Source: Nitrospira japonica
Lineage (GTDB): Bacteria > Nitrospirota > Thermodesulfovibrionia > Thermodesulfovibrionales > DYHX01
Reading direction: 5' to 3'
NCBI GenBank assembly: GCA_020723925.1
Contig: DYHX01000002.1
Span: 1-54,577, forward strand
DNA length: 54,577 bases
Part shown: in pieces, positions 34,729-44,590 of the stretch
Layout: each line of letters begins with the position of its first letter
Numbering within the stretch: the stretch's first letter is position 1
Notes under the pieces: generated by a model
Seen by the model: only the letters and a program-made list of their open reading frames with translations
Databases searched by the model: none
Told to the model about the DNA's origin: nothing
Program-made: the position numbers and the translations under genes

Positions 34729-36456
34729 ATGAAATTTATCAGGCTTGTTGAATATTTTGAAAGGCTTGAGGAGACGACCAAGCGGCTTGAGATGTTTGAT
34801 ATCCTTTCTGAGCTCTTCAGGGAGGCGTCTGCAAAAGATATCGATAAGATTATATATCTAAGCCAGGGGCAGCTCCTTCCGCCCTTTTATGGTCTTGAGA
34901 TAGGCATGTCTGAAAAGCTCCTCATCAGGGCTATTTCAGATGCCACCAATACACCAACCCAAAAAGTCAAGGACTCATTCAAGCACAGTGGAGATCTCGG
35001 GAAAACTGCCGAAGGGCTTGTTAAGGGAAGGGGGCAGAATCTCACAGCAGAGAAAGTATACGAAGAGATTATGAACATTGCCAGGACATCAGGCGCAGGC
35101 AGCGTTGAGAAAAAGATAGGGTTTTTGAGCAATCTCTTAAGGGGTGTGTCCTCAAAAGAGGCAAAATACATTGCAAGGTTTGTTATCGGAAGGCTGCGGC
35201 TTGGCATAGGCGATCCCACAGTGCTTGAAGCCCTTGCACTTGCGCAGGGTGACAGGGCATTAAGACCGGAGCTTGAGAGGGCATACAACCTATGTTCAGA
35301 CCTTGGCCTTGTTGCAAAGGCCCTGCTCGAGAAGGGTATGGAAGGCGTGAGGAAGTTCAGTGTCCGTGTTGGATACCCGATAAGAATGGCCCTGTGCGAG
35401 AGGCTTCCTTCATCCGAGGAGATAATCGCAAAGATAGGGAAGGCGGCTATAGAGGCAAAATATGATGGGTTTCGTGTGCAATGTCATAAGGATGGAGATA
35501 AGGTAGACCTCTTCTCCCGCAACCTTGAAAGGACAACCCACATGTTCCCTGAGATAAGAGAGGCTACAAAGGATTCCTTCCTTGCAAAGAGGGCGATATT
35601 TGAGGGGGAGGCGCTTGCATACAACGAGGCAACAGGCGAGCTTTTCCCATTCCAGATAACAATACAGCGCAAGAGGAAACATGGCATCGAGGAGCTTGCA
35701 AAGGAATATCCCCTCAAGTTCTTTGCATTCGAACTTCTCTATGTGGATGGAATGGATTATACAGAAAAACCTTATCTTGAAAGGAGAAAGAAGCTGGTAT
35801 CTCTTATAAAGAAGAACCCTATAATAGAGCCTGCCGAGATGTTCATTACAGATGACCCTAAAAAAATATACAAATACTTTGAAGAGGCCATAGAGAGAGG
35901 GCTTGAAGGTGTTGTCGCAAAGAGACTTGATGCTCCATATGCAGCAGGGGGAAGGAACTTTAACTGGATAAAGCTTAAACGGAGTTACAGAGGCGAGCTT
36001 GCAGATACTATTGATGTATGCATTGTTGGATATTTCAGGGGAAAGGGTGCGAGGGCAAGATTCGGGGTTGGAGCATTGCTTGGAGCTGTATACGATGAAG
36101 AGGCAGACACATTTAGGACAGTGAGCAAGGTCGGCTCTGGATTCAAGGAAGATGAATTTATTGAACTCAAGAAAATCCTTGATGATATTGCCATCCAGCA
36201 CAAACATCCACGGGTAGATTCTGTGATAGAGGCGGATGTATGGGTGGAACCGCGGTATGTGGTAACAGTAACTGCTGATGAAATAACCCGCTCACCATCT
36301 CATACAGCAGGCCGCGATAGAGAGGACATAGGCTATGCCTTACGGTTTCCGAGGGCAGTCGGATTTCTGCGTCAGGACAAAAAGCCGGAGGACGCAAATA
36401 CAGTCAAAGAAGTTATAGAGATGTTCGAGATACAGAAGAAGGTGAAGGTGCAATAA
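34729..36456 (+). CDS. ATP-dependent DNA ligase, archaeal/eukaryotic Lig1-type three-domain form
   Basis: An N-terminal DNA-binding domain is followed by adenylation motif I AIEAKYDGFR, motif III FEGEAL, motif IV FAFELL, motif V EGVVAK and an OB-fold domain; 575 aa. Confidence 0.9.
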   Translation: MKFIRLVEYFERLEETTKRLEMFDILSELFREASAKDIDKIIYLSQGQLLPPFYGLEIGMSEKLLIRAISDATNTPTQKVKDSFKHSGDLGKTAEGLVKGRGQNLTAEKVYEEIMNIARTSGAGSVEKKIGFLSNLLRGVSSKEAKYIARFVIGRLRLGIGDPTVLEALALAQGDRALRPELERAYNLCSDLGLVAKALLEKGMEGVRKFSVRVGYPIRMALCERLPSSEEIIAKIGKAAIEAKYDGFRVQCHKDGDKVDLFSRNLERTTHMFPEIREATKDSFLAKRAIFEGEALAYNEATGELFPFQITIQRKRKHGIEELAKEYPLKFFAFELLYVDGMDYTEKPYLERRKKLVSLIKKNPIIEPAEMFITDDPKKIYKYFEEAIERGLEGVVAKRLDAPYAAGGRNFNWIKLKRSYRGELADTIDVCIVGYFRGKGARARFGVGALLGAVYDEEADTFRTVSKVGSGFKEDEFIELKKILDDIAIQHKHPRVDSVIEADVWVEPRYVVTVTADEITRSPSHTAGRDREDIGYALRFPRAVGFLRQDKKPEDANTVKEVIEMFEIQKKVKVQ

Positions 36457-36502
36457 AACAAGGGGGTAGTAGATAGTTGTCAGTAGTTAGAGGGAAGAAA
36501 AC

Positions 36503-36844
36503 ATGAGAATCACTCATTATTCTTTCGGCAAGATCACTATCGATAACAAGACCTGCACCTCTGATGTCATAATCTATCCAGACCATGTGGATTCAGCATG
36601 GTGGAGGAAGGAGGGACATTATCTTCAGGTTGTTGATTTAACTGATGTTATCAATGCAAAGCCAGATATATTGATAATCGGCACTGGATATTCAGGTGTG
36701 ATGGCGGTGCCAAAAGAGACTATAAGTTTTCTCGAATCACGGGGGATCGAGGTTCGGGTTGTAAGGACTGAGAGGGCGGTTGAGTTATTCAATAATCGAC
36801 CTGAAAATAAGAAAGTTATCGCTGCCCTGCATCTGACATGCTGA
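36503..36844 (+). CDS. Mth938-like (DUF498) domain protein
   Basis: 113 aa. The pattern ITHYSFGKITIDNKTCTSDVIIYPD...DILIIGTGYSG...L...GIEV is typical of Mth938/NDUFAF3-like domains. Confidence 0.65.
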   Translation: MRITHYSFGKITIDNKTCTSDVIIYPDHVDSAWWRKEGHYLQVVDLTDVINAKPDILIIGTGYSGVMAVPKETISFLESRGIEVRVVRTERAVELFNNRPENKKVIAALHLTC

Positions 36845-37558
36845 AGAGCAGACATTTACCTCTAACTCTTCTGCGGGGTTTACCAATTCTCTCTTTATTT
36901 TCTTTGAGATAAAATCAGCACGTCTTATGGGCGCAGGAATCCTGTACTTGCCAGTGCATTTAAGAACGATCTTTATTGAGTTTTTCAGGTCAATCTTGTG
37001 CCCAGGCGAGACAAAGACTGGTTTTACATTATCCCTTGTCCTTAAAACCGCACCGACTATTTTACCTTTATATTTCAGTGTAGACCATTGCCCTTTCTTC
37101 ATCCCCAGTTCCATATATTCTCCAATCAGTCTTGACTTTGCACATCCAATGGTTGGTATATTTAGGAGTACACCTACGTGTGACGCTATTCCAAGACTCT
37201 TTGGGTGGGCTATTCCCTGGCCGTCAAATAGTATCAGGTCGGGTTTCTGTTTAAGCTTTTTAATAGCTTCAATAATTGCCGGGCCTTCTCTGAATGCAAG
37301 ATAGCCGGGGTTATAAGGGAATTTAGATTTGGCGGTTACACTAACATCTTCAATATGTGTGAATTCTGGATACTTATAAAGACATGCCACACCGATAACC
37401 TTATTTTCGAAAAAGGCTGCATCAACTGCCGCGATGTATTTCGGAGTTTTTTTTAGAAGAGTAATTTTTACTTTCTTTCTGAGTGTCTCCTGAATCTCAC
37501 CCGCCTCAGTTATGTTCTCTGGCCAGTGAATCCTCAGCCTGTCACTTCTTTTAGCCAC
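36785..37558 (-). CDS. nfi: Endonuclease V
   Basis: AAVDAAF...PYNPGYLAFREGP...LILFDGQGIAHPKSLGIASHVG...PTIGCAKS. Confidence 0.9.
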   Translation of the reverse strand: MAKRSDRLRIHWPENITEAGEIQETLRKKVKITLLKKTPKYIAAVDAAFFENKVIGVACLYKYPEFTHIEDVSVTAKSKFPYNPGYLAFREGPAIIEAIKKLKQKPDLILFDGQGIAHPKSLGIASHVGVLLNIPTIGCAKSRLIGEYMELGMKKGQWSTLKYKGKIVGAVLRTRDNVKPVFVSPGHKIDLKNSIKIVLKCTGKYRIPAPIRRADFISKKIKRELVNPAEELEVNVCSSACQMQGSDNFLIFRSIIE

Positions 37559-37848
37559 TTCAGGTAATCTTCAGAGCCTTCAATAATTGGCATGGCAATA
37601 ATCTCAGGGACTGTATAGCTATGCAATTCTTTGACTTTCCGTAAAAGGTTTTCGAAAAGACTTCTCTGTGTCTTTGCGATCATCAAAACCTCTTCCTCGT
37701 CCTCAACATTTCCCTGCCAGCTATAAATAGACCTTATGTTTTTTATTATATTCACACATCCGGCAAGTCTCTCTCCAACAAGGGCACGTGCAATCTTTGC
37801 TGCCTCATCCTCATTTGAGGCGGTTATGAAGATGACTATGTTATCCAT
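37534..37848 (-). CDS. cutA: Divalent-cation tolerance protein CutA
   Basis: ERLAGCVNII..IRSIYSWQGNVEDEEEVLMIAKT...HSYTVPEI. The ATG at 37848 lies 6 nt after GGAGG. Confidence 0.9.
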   Translation of the reverse strand: MDNIVIFITASNEDEAAKIARALVGERLAGCVNIIKNIRSIYSWQGNVEDEEEVLMIAKTQRSLFENLLRKVKELHSYTVPEIIAMPIIEGSEDYLKWLKEVTG

Positions 37849-37940
37849 CTGCAACCTCCAATGTGCGGCCGAAAAATAGAGATAGAACCGCCTGCCCTGT
37901 GTCTATTTCAGAGGTGCGTAGTGAGTCTTGCGTTACGCGC

Positions 37941-39071
37941 TTAAAGACCACCACGATTTTTATCCTTCATGAGCAGCCTTTTAGTTCCATCTTTACCTAT
38001 CAAAGTAACTGTTGGTCTAAAGAATACAAAGTCCTGATGAAATGGCGTTTTGACAGTGCCCCCAAAAGAACTATTGTCTCCAAGTGCTATATGGATTGTG
38101 CCAAGGATCTTTTCTGACTCAAGGATATTGTCAGGCCTTGTTGCCTTATCATTTGTGCCGATGCCGAACTCTGCGATGTTTGCATTCTCCTTTTTTTCAG
38201 AAAGCTTTAGTCTCAAGTAGTCGGCATATCCTTCTTCTCCGTAAATATCCACAACATAACCATCCTTGACTATTAGTGTTATTGGAGATTTTAGCTGTCT
38301 TGTAGGAGCCCACTCAAGGACAAGACTTCCATTAGCTGTGCCTTCAAGGGGTGCGAGATATGCCTCGCCTGCAGGAAGATTGCCAAAAGAACCAGGTTTT
38401 GTAAGTATACCTGTATCTGATTCAGCCTTTCGACCTTTTTTTGAGAAAGAGATATGAGTGCCGTTTGGAGTTTTTATCTCTATAGATTCCGCCCTATTTA
38501 CAACCTTTGCAACCTCTCTTGTCCTCTTCGAGAGGGCCTTCCAGTCCACATTCATCGCCCCTTCAAGCATCGAGACATCAAAGAGGGGCATACTTGCATA
38601 TCGAGCCTTACATATCCTTGTAAGGAAATCCCTGAACCTCGTATGGCTCGTGGAATAATTCGAAAGTGCAATAACAGCATTTACTGCGTATTTTTTATGT
38701 CTTGATACAATCCTCTCAGCAGCCTTTAGCTGTTCGTCTTTAGCCTTTTTCATAAGTATTGACCTGAGCAGCCCTGCATCCTTCAGGGCATCCACCGCCC
38801 TTTTGCCAAATGCAATCTCCCATAGTTTTGTTGGAGGCTCTGCGCCATGGCTTTCTGTGGACAGATACTCGCAGGAGATTATCTCTCTGCAGAGGTTCCT
38901 GCCTGTCTCAACTGTGAGGAGGGCAATGTCTTTTAGCCTTTGCCTTCGCTCCGAGTTTGTAAGATCAATGTTTTCTTTCTTTGAAGGCCTGTCTGTAAAT
39001 ACGAGAACCCTTTCGGTCATTTTTACGCCAAGGTTTATTTTATAGATCGCTCTTAAAGCACCTGTAATCAC
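37941..39071 (-). CDS. M29-family aminopeptidase (aminopeptidase T/S-like)
   Basis: GNLPAGEAY..P, EFGIGTN, HIALGDN. The GTG start overlaps the pilQ stop. Confidence 0.75.
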   Translation of the reverse strand: MITGALRAIYKINLGVKMTERVLVFTDRPSKKENIDLTNSERRQRLKDIALLTVETGRNLCREIISCEYLSTESHGAEPPTKLWEIAFGKRAVDALKDAGLLRSILMKKAKDEQLKAAERIVSRHKKYAVNAVIALSNYSTSHTRFRDFLTRICKARYASMPLFDVSMLEGAMNVDWKALSKRTREVAKVVNRAESIEIKTPNGTHISFSKKGRKAESDTGILTKPGSFGNLPAGEAYLAPLEGTANGSLVLEWAPTRQLKSPITLIVKDGYVVDIYGEEGYADYLRLKLSEKKENANIAEFGIGTNDKATRPDNILESEKILGTIHIALGDNSSFGGTVKTPFHQDFVFFRPTVTLIGKDGTKRLLMKDKNRGGL

Positions 39072-40312
39072 TGTACCTGTATCTGAGTTTCTTTCACTAT
39101 CGTAGGTGTGATGAATATAAGGAGCTCCTTTGTCTGAGATAATGAGTCTTTTTTCTTAAATAGCTCCCCGATACCGGGAATCTTTGAAAGGAGTGGCACC
39201 CTTTTCTCGCTCTCTGCATCCAATTTTGTAAATATACCACCTATCACTAAGGTCTCGCTATCATTCACTGTCAGCTCTGTAACAGCCTCCCTTGTAGTTT
39301 TGGATGGGATATTTTCAACAGTCTTTGACCAGTCAAACTCTTCTTTCCTTGTCATTATGGTGAGCATTACCTTTCCATCAGGCGTTATCTTTGGTGTGAC
39401 CTCAAGTTTCAGCAGTGCCTCTATCTCCTCTGTGCCTGTTGTTGTGGTCCCCCCTGTGACAATGGTTGTGCCTGCAGTGGTTGGTATCCTTATCTTCTCT
39501 CCTGTGGATATTGATGCCTTTTTGTTGTTTGCTGTAAGTATCCTCGGGTTGGAAAGCACTCTGCCCTGACCACTGTCTTCAATCGCTGATAGCCTCAGGT
39601 CAAGGCTGAGATTTCCGGACAGCAGGCCGAACTTTATTGCCCCAAATGGTGTTGTTGACACACCCGGAAGGGACGCTGGAAGGTTAACAGCTAAATTGTC
39701 AGCGCCTGTGTTTCCGGCTATCGAGAAATTACCACTGCGGAAGCTTCCCCCCCACTGTATGCCTATGCTCTTGTCATTGTGTTTATTCACCTCGACTATC
39801 CTTGCATCTATCATCACCTGTGCGGGTAGTGTGTCGAGGGCCTTTATAAGGGCTTCTGCCTTTTTTATATTGTTAGGTATGTCTTTTATTATTATTGTGT
39901 TGCTCCTTGTGTCAGAACCCACATCGCCCTTACTGCTCAATACCTTCTTGACAATCCCTTCTATATCTTTTGGGTTAATGTATTTCACATTCATTGTATG
40001 GGTGACAAGTACTTCGTCCTCTGTGAGCGGAACTACCCTGACGATATTATCTTCTTTTATGTATGTATAGCCTTTGCCCTTAAGGAGGGAGTCTATCGCA
40101 TCCCAGAGAGGCACATTCCCCAAGCTAACTGTGACCTTTCCTGTGACCCTATCATCAACAATTATATTTATCCCATACTCCTGGCCCAGGGCTCTTAATA
40201 TATCCTTGAGCTCTCTATCCCTGAGCTCCATAGAGAGTATGGGGCCTCTATCCCCGGCTAAGGCAGGTGTGAGGAGAAACATTAAAAATAGAAATGATAG
40301 AAGTCTCTTTAT
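39068..40312 (-). CDS. pilQ: Type IV pilus secretin PilQ; the signal peptide appears to start at a non-canonical ATA
   Basis: Secretin core: VLSNPRILTANNKKASISTGEKI...VPLLSKIPGIGELFKK...ELLIFITPTIV. The frame is open upstream of ATG 40282 and reads IKRLLSFLFLMFLLTPALA-GD, a complete signal peptide. ATA 40312-40310 lies 5 nt after ggaagg and overlaps the upstream stop as ATAA. Confidence 0.8.
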   Translation of the reverse strand: MKRLLSFLFLMFLLTPALAGDRGPILSMELRDRELKDILRALGQEYGINIIVDDRVTGKVTVSLGNVPLWDAIDSLLKGKGYTYIKEDNIVRVVPLTEDEVLVTHTMNVKYINPKDIEGIVKKVLSSKGDVGSDTRSNTIIIKDIPNNIKKAEALIKALDTLPAQVMIDARIVEVNKHNDKSIGIQWGGSFRSGNFSIAGNTGADNLAVNLPASLPGVSTTPFGAIKFGLLSGNLSLDLRLSAIEDSGQGRVLSNPRILTANNKKASISTGEKIRIPTTAGTTIVTGGTTTTGTEEIEALLKLEVTPKITPDGKVMLTIMTRKEEFDWSKTVENIPSKTTREAVTELTVNDSETLVIGGIFTKLDAESEKRVPLLSKIPGIGELFKKKDSLSQTKELLIFITPTIVKETQIQVQ

Positions 40313-40788
40313 TTTTTCCTTCCTCTCGGAAGCCCCTCAAGGGCAAACTTCTCCATTCCAAGATAATACTTTTTGCCATTTTTTTCAAGTGTAACCCTGT
40401 CTTTATCTATGCCAACTATCAAGAAATCATCGACCTTCTCGTTTTTCCTGTAGAACCCACCGTTTATTATAGCTAAAGCCTTCTTTCCGTCGTATATAAT
40501 CCCGTCTACCTTCAGGTCTATCGGAAGTTCTTCTTTCTCAGGCTTTTCTCTTGAGTCTTTATTTATAGGTCTTACGAACGGGTCTCTGCCCCATTTCTCT
40601 TTTGTTGGCTCATAGAGCCTCTCTATCTTTATGTCTGAAAGACTCTCTGCATAAGAATTTAAAATTAAAAATGCAAAATGCAAAATCATTAATGAAAAAC
40701 AGGTTAAGGCTAAGGTTAAGAAAAAGTTCTCAGAAGAATTTCTCAGCCTCAACCCTAATCTTAACTCAGAAAGGCTTTTAATCTTCAT
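40309..40788 (-). CDS. PilP-like pilus assembly protein
   Basis: The gene sits between pilO and pilQ. It has an N-terminal TM/signal and a C-terminal beta domain (LKVDGIIYDGKKALAIINGGFYRKNEKVDDFLIVGIDKDRVTL). Confidence 0.55.
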   Translation of the reverse strand: MKIKSLSELRLGLRLRNSSENFFLTLALTCFSLMILHFAFLILNSYAESLSDIKIERLYEPTKEKWGRDPFVRPINKDSREKPEKEELPIDLKVDGIIYDGKKALAIINGGFYRKNEKVDDFLIVGIDKDRVTLEKNGKKYYLGMEKFALEGLPRGRKK

Positions 40789-41330
40789 TTTTTCTTTAAA
40801 TAGGTCACTGCCTTTATTAAGGCAATGCCTGAAGGATACAGCGCATCGTTTGTCTCGAATTTCAGATCCTGGATCAGAAACATCTTGTGTCTCAACCTAA
40901 GGTTATCGAGGAAGTCATAGAGTTGTCTGTACCTGACCCTTAACTCTATCTTCACCTTCATCTCAACAAAGTTGTTCTTGTAATCCACGCTCTCTGGTGC
41001 GATTGATATAAAATCAACCCTTGCCATGCTCGCCTCACGGCTTATAGCAGCAAGCATGCCTGCAAGGTCTTCTGTCTCAGGCAGCACTATTAGTTCAACA
41101 GGGACTTCTTTTTGAGGAGCTCTCTGTAATACCAATGTGGAGTTTATAATCTCTATCTCCTTTTTCAGGTTCTGGAGCATCTGCTGTTTTGCCTTAACCT
41201 TCATGGACGATGGCGAATAAAGCAGCGTATGCGGGACTATGACAACTACTGCTATGAGAGCTACTACAGATATGACCCTCTCCCTCGGAGAGAGGGCTTC
41301 TATTTTTCTCTTAATGGTTTTTATGTCCAT
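40785..41330 (-). CDS. pilO: Type IV pilus assembly protein PilO
   Basis: Single TM, a coiled coil and a ferredoxin-like C-terminal domain, positioned in the pilMNOPQ order. Confidence 0.7.
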   Translation of the reverse strand: MDIKTIKRKIEALSPRERVISVVALIAVVVIVPHTLLYSPSSMKVKAKQQMLQNLKKEIEIINSTLVLQRAPQKEVPVELIVLPETEDLAGMLAAISREASMARVDFISIAPESVDYKNNFVEMKVKIELRVRYRQLYDFLDNLRLRHKMFLIQDLKFETNDALYPSGIALIKAVTYLKKK

Positions 41331-41857
41331 CTCAGTTTAGCTCTCAGCTCGAAAGAGATATGTTTCTCGCCTTTCTGTGAGAAGACTATCTCAACGGCAT
41401 AGAAGTAATGTGAGGCCTCAAGTGCAGATATGAGATTCGCAACGCCAAGCTGTGTTGTTGAGAAGCCTTTTATGTTCATCCGCCTTATCCCTTTATCCTC
41501 TTTTGACTCGATGGAAGACAGCCATACCTCCCCTGGAACTATAAGCGAAATTTCACTCAATATTGAACTCCATGGGGGCACTCTTTTTATTGCGTTTAAT
41601 ATTTCTTTCTCAGCTGGCACAGCAGTTGGTGTAGGAGGCGCAGTCGGCAGTATCTTTTGCTGCAGTTCTGCCTTCTGCGAGTTCAGTTTTTTTATTTCGG
41701 AATCAAGCCTTTTTGTCTCAATAATATTGAAGAACCACAGACTCAGTATTATCACAATGTAGACTGTGAGTCCGAAAAACAGGTAGTAGGTCTTGCTCCT
41801 CCTTGTAACAAGCGCTGGTTTCCCCTCTATTGGCAGGAGGTTAAGTGTTTCCTTCAA
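41321..41857 (-). CDS. pilN: Type IV pilus assembly protein PilN
   Basis: A short cytoplasmic N-terminus (LNLLP), one TM and a coiled coil; the gene follows pilM. Confidence 0.7.
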   Translation of the reverse strand: MKETLNLLPIEGKPALVTRRSKTYYLFFGLTVYIVIILSLWFFNIIETKRLDSEIKKLNSQKAELQQKILPTAPPTPTAVPAEKEILNAIKRVPPWSSILSEISLIVPGEVWLSSIESKEDKGIRRMNIKGFSTTQLGVANLISALEASHYFYAVEIVFSQKGEKHISFELRAKLRWT

Positions 41858-42807
41858 CCACTCCTCCGCGCAAGCCCTATTGCCACCGAGAACCTCGGCC
41901 CGAGCGACCTCAGGCTCTCGTCCTTAATAACAAGGCCGTCAAATGGGTTAGGAACACTGACCGGGATATCAAACATATGTGAGAAATAGTCCTTTATAGC
42001 AGGGTTGATTGCAATCCCACCTGTCAATATCACCTCGGCAAATGTCTTCTCTTTGAAGTTTGCCTTGTAATAGTCTATGGAGCGATAGACCTCTTTCAGA
42101 AACTGATCTAATGTTTCCTTTAGTTTTTCTGCATGTCCTTCTCTCAATATCCTTTCTGATTCTTCACCTGACAAACCCTCTGCAATCAACTGACTCTTTA
42201 TTAAATCACCGCCCATTTCTACACTCCTTGTCAGACGTAAGGCACCAGACTTTATTATGTTTATCTCCGTGTTCTTTGCACCGATGTCAAGGAGGATTGT
42301 GTTGCCAGTGCCCCATGGCTGCAGTGCCCTTATAAGGGCGAGTGGGGCGACATCAACTGCTACAACATTAAGCCCTGATTCCTTTAACGGAAATATATAG
42401 CGCTGTACATTTTTTCTCTCTGCAGAGGCAAAAGTAACGACAATACTATCTGCAATCTCCATTGCAACATAATCGTACACGGCATCCTCAGACGGGTATG
42501 GGAGCTGCCTCTTTATCTCCCAACTGACTGCTTCTCTTAATTCACCCTGTGGCATTGGAGGCAGGTTTATTGTCCTTATGAAAGAGAGAATCCCGGGGAT
42601 GTGAACCGCCGCCTCTTTTCCGATAATATTCAGTCCTTTGAAGAAGTCGTGCAGTCTGTTTATAAGAAGAGTTTCGTTTTCCCTTTCTACTGGCGGGACG
42701 TCCATGAAGGCAGCAATAGAAACCTTCTTCCCTGACAGACCAATAACCTTTACAGAGCTGCTGCCAAGATCCACACCTAATGGACCAGGGCGAAACAGTC
42801 CTGCCAT
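41854..42807 (-). CDS. pilM: Type IV pilus assembly ATPase-fold protein PilM
   Basis: Actin-like fold motifs: GVDLGSSSVKVI, ILLDIGAKNTEI, VILTGGIA. Confidence 0.85.
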   Translation of the reverse strand: MAGLFRPGPLGVDLGSSSVKVIGLSGKKVSIAAFMDVPPVERENETLLINRLHDFFKGLNIIGKEAAVHIPGILSFIRTINLPPMPQGELREAVSWEIKRQLPYPSEDAVYDYVAMEIADSIVVTFASAERKNVQRYIFPLKESGLNVVAVDVAPLALIRALQPWGTGNTILLDIGAKNTEINIIKSGALRLTRSVEMGGDLIKSQLIAEGLSGEESERILREGHAEKLKETLDQFLKEVYRSIDYYKANFKEKTFAEVILTGGIAINPAIKDYFSHMFDIPVSVPNPFDGLVIKDESLRSLGPRFSVAIGLARRSG

Positions 42808-43034
42808 TAATACCTCTTTGCGTAATAGTATGCCATGAAGAACATGAATACGGAGACCAGCATGAGGGTTACGCCGAGCCCCACCCTGTATGAGAAGACA
42901 AAGGTATCAACTTTTACTATTATCTTTGTAGATAGGTCGTTGATCTTTTTCAGTGCACTCGGAGCAAACAACAAAAGGAACCCTACAACAAAGGCCAGGA
43001 TGCCAATAAACAGAGAAAAGTTAACAATATACAT
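42807..43034 (-). CDS. Small two-TM membrane protein, unknown function
   Basis: 75 aa with two hydrophobic helices. SD ggaggg lies upstream, and the stop abuts the pilM start. Confidence 0.5.
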   Translation of the reverse strand: MYIVNFSLFIGILAFVVGFLLLFAPSALKKINDLSTKIIVKVDTFVFSYRVGLGVTLMLVSVFMFFMAYYYAKRY

Positions 43035-43111
43035 AAGTTTACCCTCCTATACGAAAAATCCTAAATTCAAAATCCCAGGTCCCAAACAAATTCAAATAAA
43101 ACGGCAATAAT

Positions 43112-44590
43112 TTACCTAAAGAAGAACTCCATCTGCTCCAGATGTTCGCCTGGAAAACTTATGGGGTAGCTGTTGTCAAAACAGGCTGTACAGTAGTTTT
43201 CAGAGTCTGGAACTATCTTCTGGAGCCCTTCGATGCTTAAATAAGCAAGGGTATCTGCGGTTACATATTTCCTTATCTCTTCAGTCGCATGGGAGGATGC
43301 AATGAGCTCCTGTCTTGTTGGTGTATCTATGCCGTAGAAGCAGGGGCCGATAGTTGGAGGGGAGCTTATCCTCAGATGCACCTCACTTGCACCTCCGTTT
43401 TCCTTGAGCATCTTCACTATCTTTTTGCTTGTGGTGCCCCTGACTATTGAGTCATCTACTACCAAAACCCTCTTCCCCTCAAGAAGTTTTCTTACAGGGT
43501 TTAGTTTAATTTTTACTCCAAAGTGTCTGATGCTCTGCTTTGGCTCTATGAATGTCCTTCCGATATAGTGGTTCCTTATAAGACCGAAATCGAAATGTAT
43601 ACCGCTTTCCTCGGAAAACCCGATGGCTGCAGGCACACCTGAATCAGGCACAGGTATCACAATATCTGCGTCTATGCTTGATTCCCTTGCAAGCTGCCTT
43701 CCAAAATCCTTCCTCATCGTATTTACGTTCTGACCACCGAAGATGTAGCTGTCAGGCCTCGAAAAATATATGAATTCAAATATACAGAAGGATCTCCTCG
43801 GAGCTATAAGTGCCTTTATTGACTTCAGACCGTGTTCACCTATGATGAGCATCTCCCCTGGCTCTATGTCGCGGATGTAGGTTGCACCTATAAGGTCAAA
43901 AGCGCATGTTTCTGATGCAACAACATATGCCCCGTCAACCTCCCCAAGACATAATGGCCTCACACCATAGGGGTCCCTGACAGCAATGAGCTCCTTTTCT
44001 CTGAGTATCAGCAGGCTGAAGGCACCACTGACCTGTCTTAATGACTGCACTATCCGGTTGTATGGGTCGTCTCCTTTGGAGTGTGCTATCAGGTGGACAA
44101 TAACCTCGCTGTCGGATGTTGACTGAAATATAGAGCCTTCTGCCTCAAGCTCTTTTCTCAACTCTGTTGCGTTCACAAGGTTTCCGTTATGTGCAATGGC
44201 AATGGAGCCGAGGGCAAAGTTAGCTACTATAGGCTGGACATTCTTCAAGACACTGCTTCCAGTAGTCGAATATCGGTTATGGCCGATAGCTATATAGCCA
44301 GGAAGCCTCTTTAGTCTCTTTTCACTGAATATATCTGCAACAAGGCCCATGGACTTTTCGAGATTCATATGCCTTCCATCGGATGAGCATATCCCGGCAC
44401 CTTCCTGTCCTCTGTGCTGAAGGGCATATAAGCCAAGATATGTGAGGTTTGATGCCTCTGGGTGGCCGTAGACACCGAATACGCCACATTCTTCGTGTAT
44501 ATCGTGAAACGTGAGATGTGAAACGCGAGGGGGTAAAGAACATTTCCCCTTGCCCCCCACGCCTGACACCTTACGATTCTTTACTTTCAA
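43112..44590 (-). CDS. purF: Amidophosphoribosyltransferase
   Basis: CGVFGVYG is the Ntn catalytic Cys (residue 35 of the ORF). Also seen: [11 protein letters not shown] and the PRT motif [16 protein letters not shown] 44590 lies 5 nt after aaggag; the long N-terminal leader is unusual. Confidence 0.9.
   Translation of the reverse strand: MKVKNRKVSGVGGKGKCSLPPRVSHLTFHDIHEECGVFGVYGHPEASNLTYLGLYALQHRGQEGAGICSSDGRHMNLEKSMGLVADIFSEKRLKRLPGYIAIGHNRYSTTGSSVLKNVQPIVANFALGSIAIAHNGNLVNATELRKELEAEGSIFQSTSDSEVIVHLIAHSKGDDPYNRIVQSLRQVSGAFSLLILREKELIAVRDPYGVRPLCLGEVDGAYVVASETCAFDLIGATYIRDIEPGEMLIIGEHGLKSIKALIAPRRSFCIFEFIYFSRPDSYIFGGQNVNTMRKDFGRQLARESSIDADIVIPVPDSGVPAAIGFSEESGIHFDFGLIRNHYIGRTFIEPKQSIRHFGVKIKLNPVRKLLEGKRVLVVDDSIVRGTTSKKIVKMLKENGGASEVHLRISSPPTIGPCFYGIDTPTRQELIASSHATEEIRKYVTADTLAYLSIEGLQKIVPDSENYCTACFDNSYPISFPGEHLEQMEFFFR

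Noticed and set aside
35410-36207. A 265-aa ORF antisense to the DNA ligase. Similar long antisense ORFs are 20106-20636, 45610-46179, 14839-15354, 6139-6651 and 1915-2556.
   Set aside because: Each lies fully opposite a gene with strong family motifs (or across the riboswitch). Their compositions are odd (Cys/Phe/Ser/Leu-rich), they have no SD-positioned starts, and they carry no recognisable motifs. They are typical shadow ORFs.
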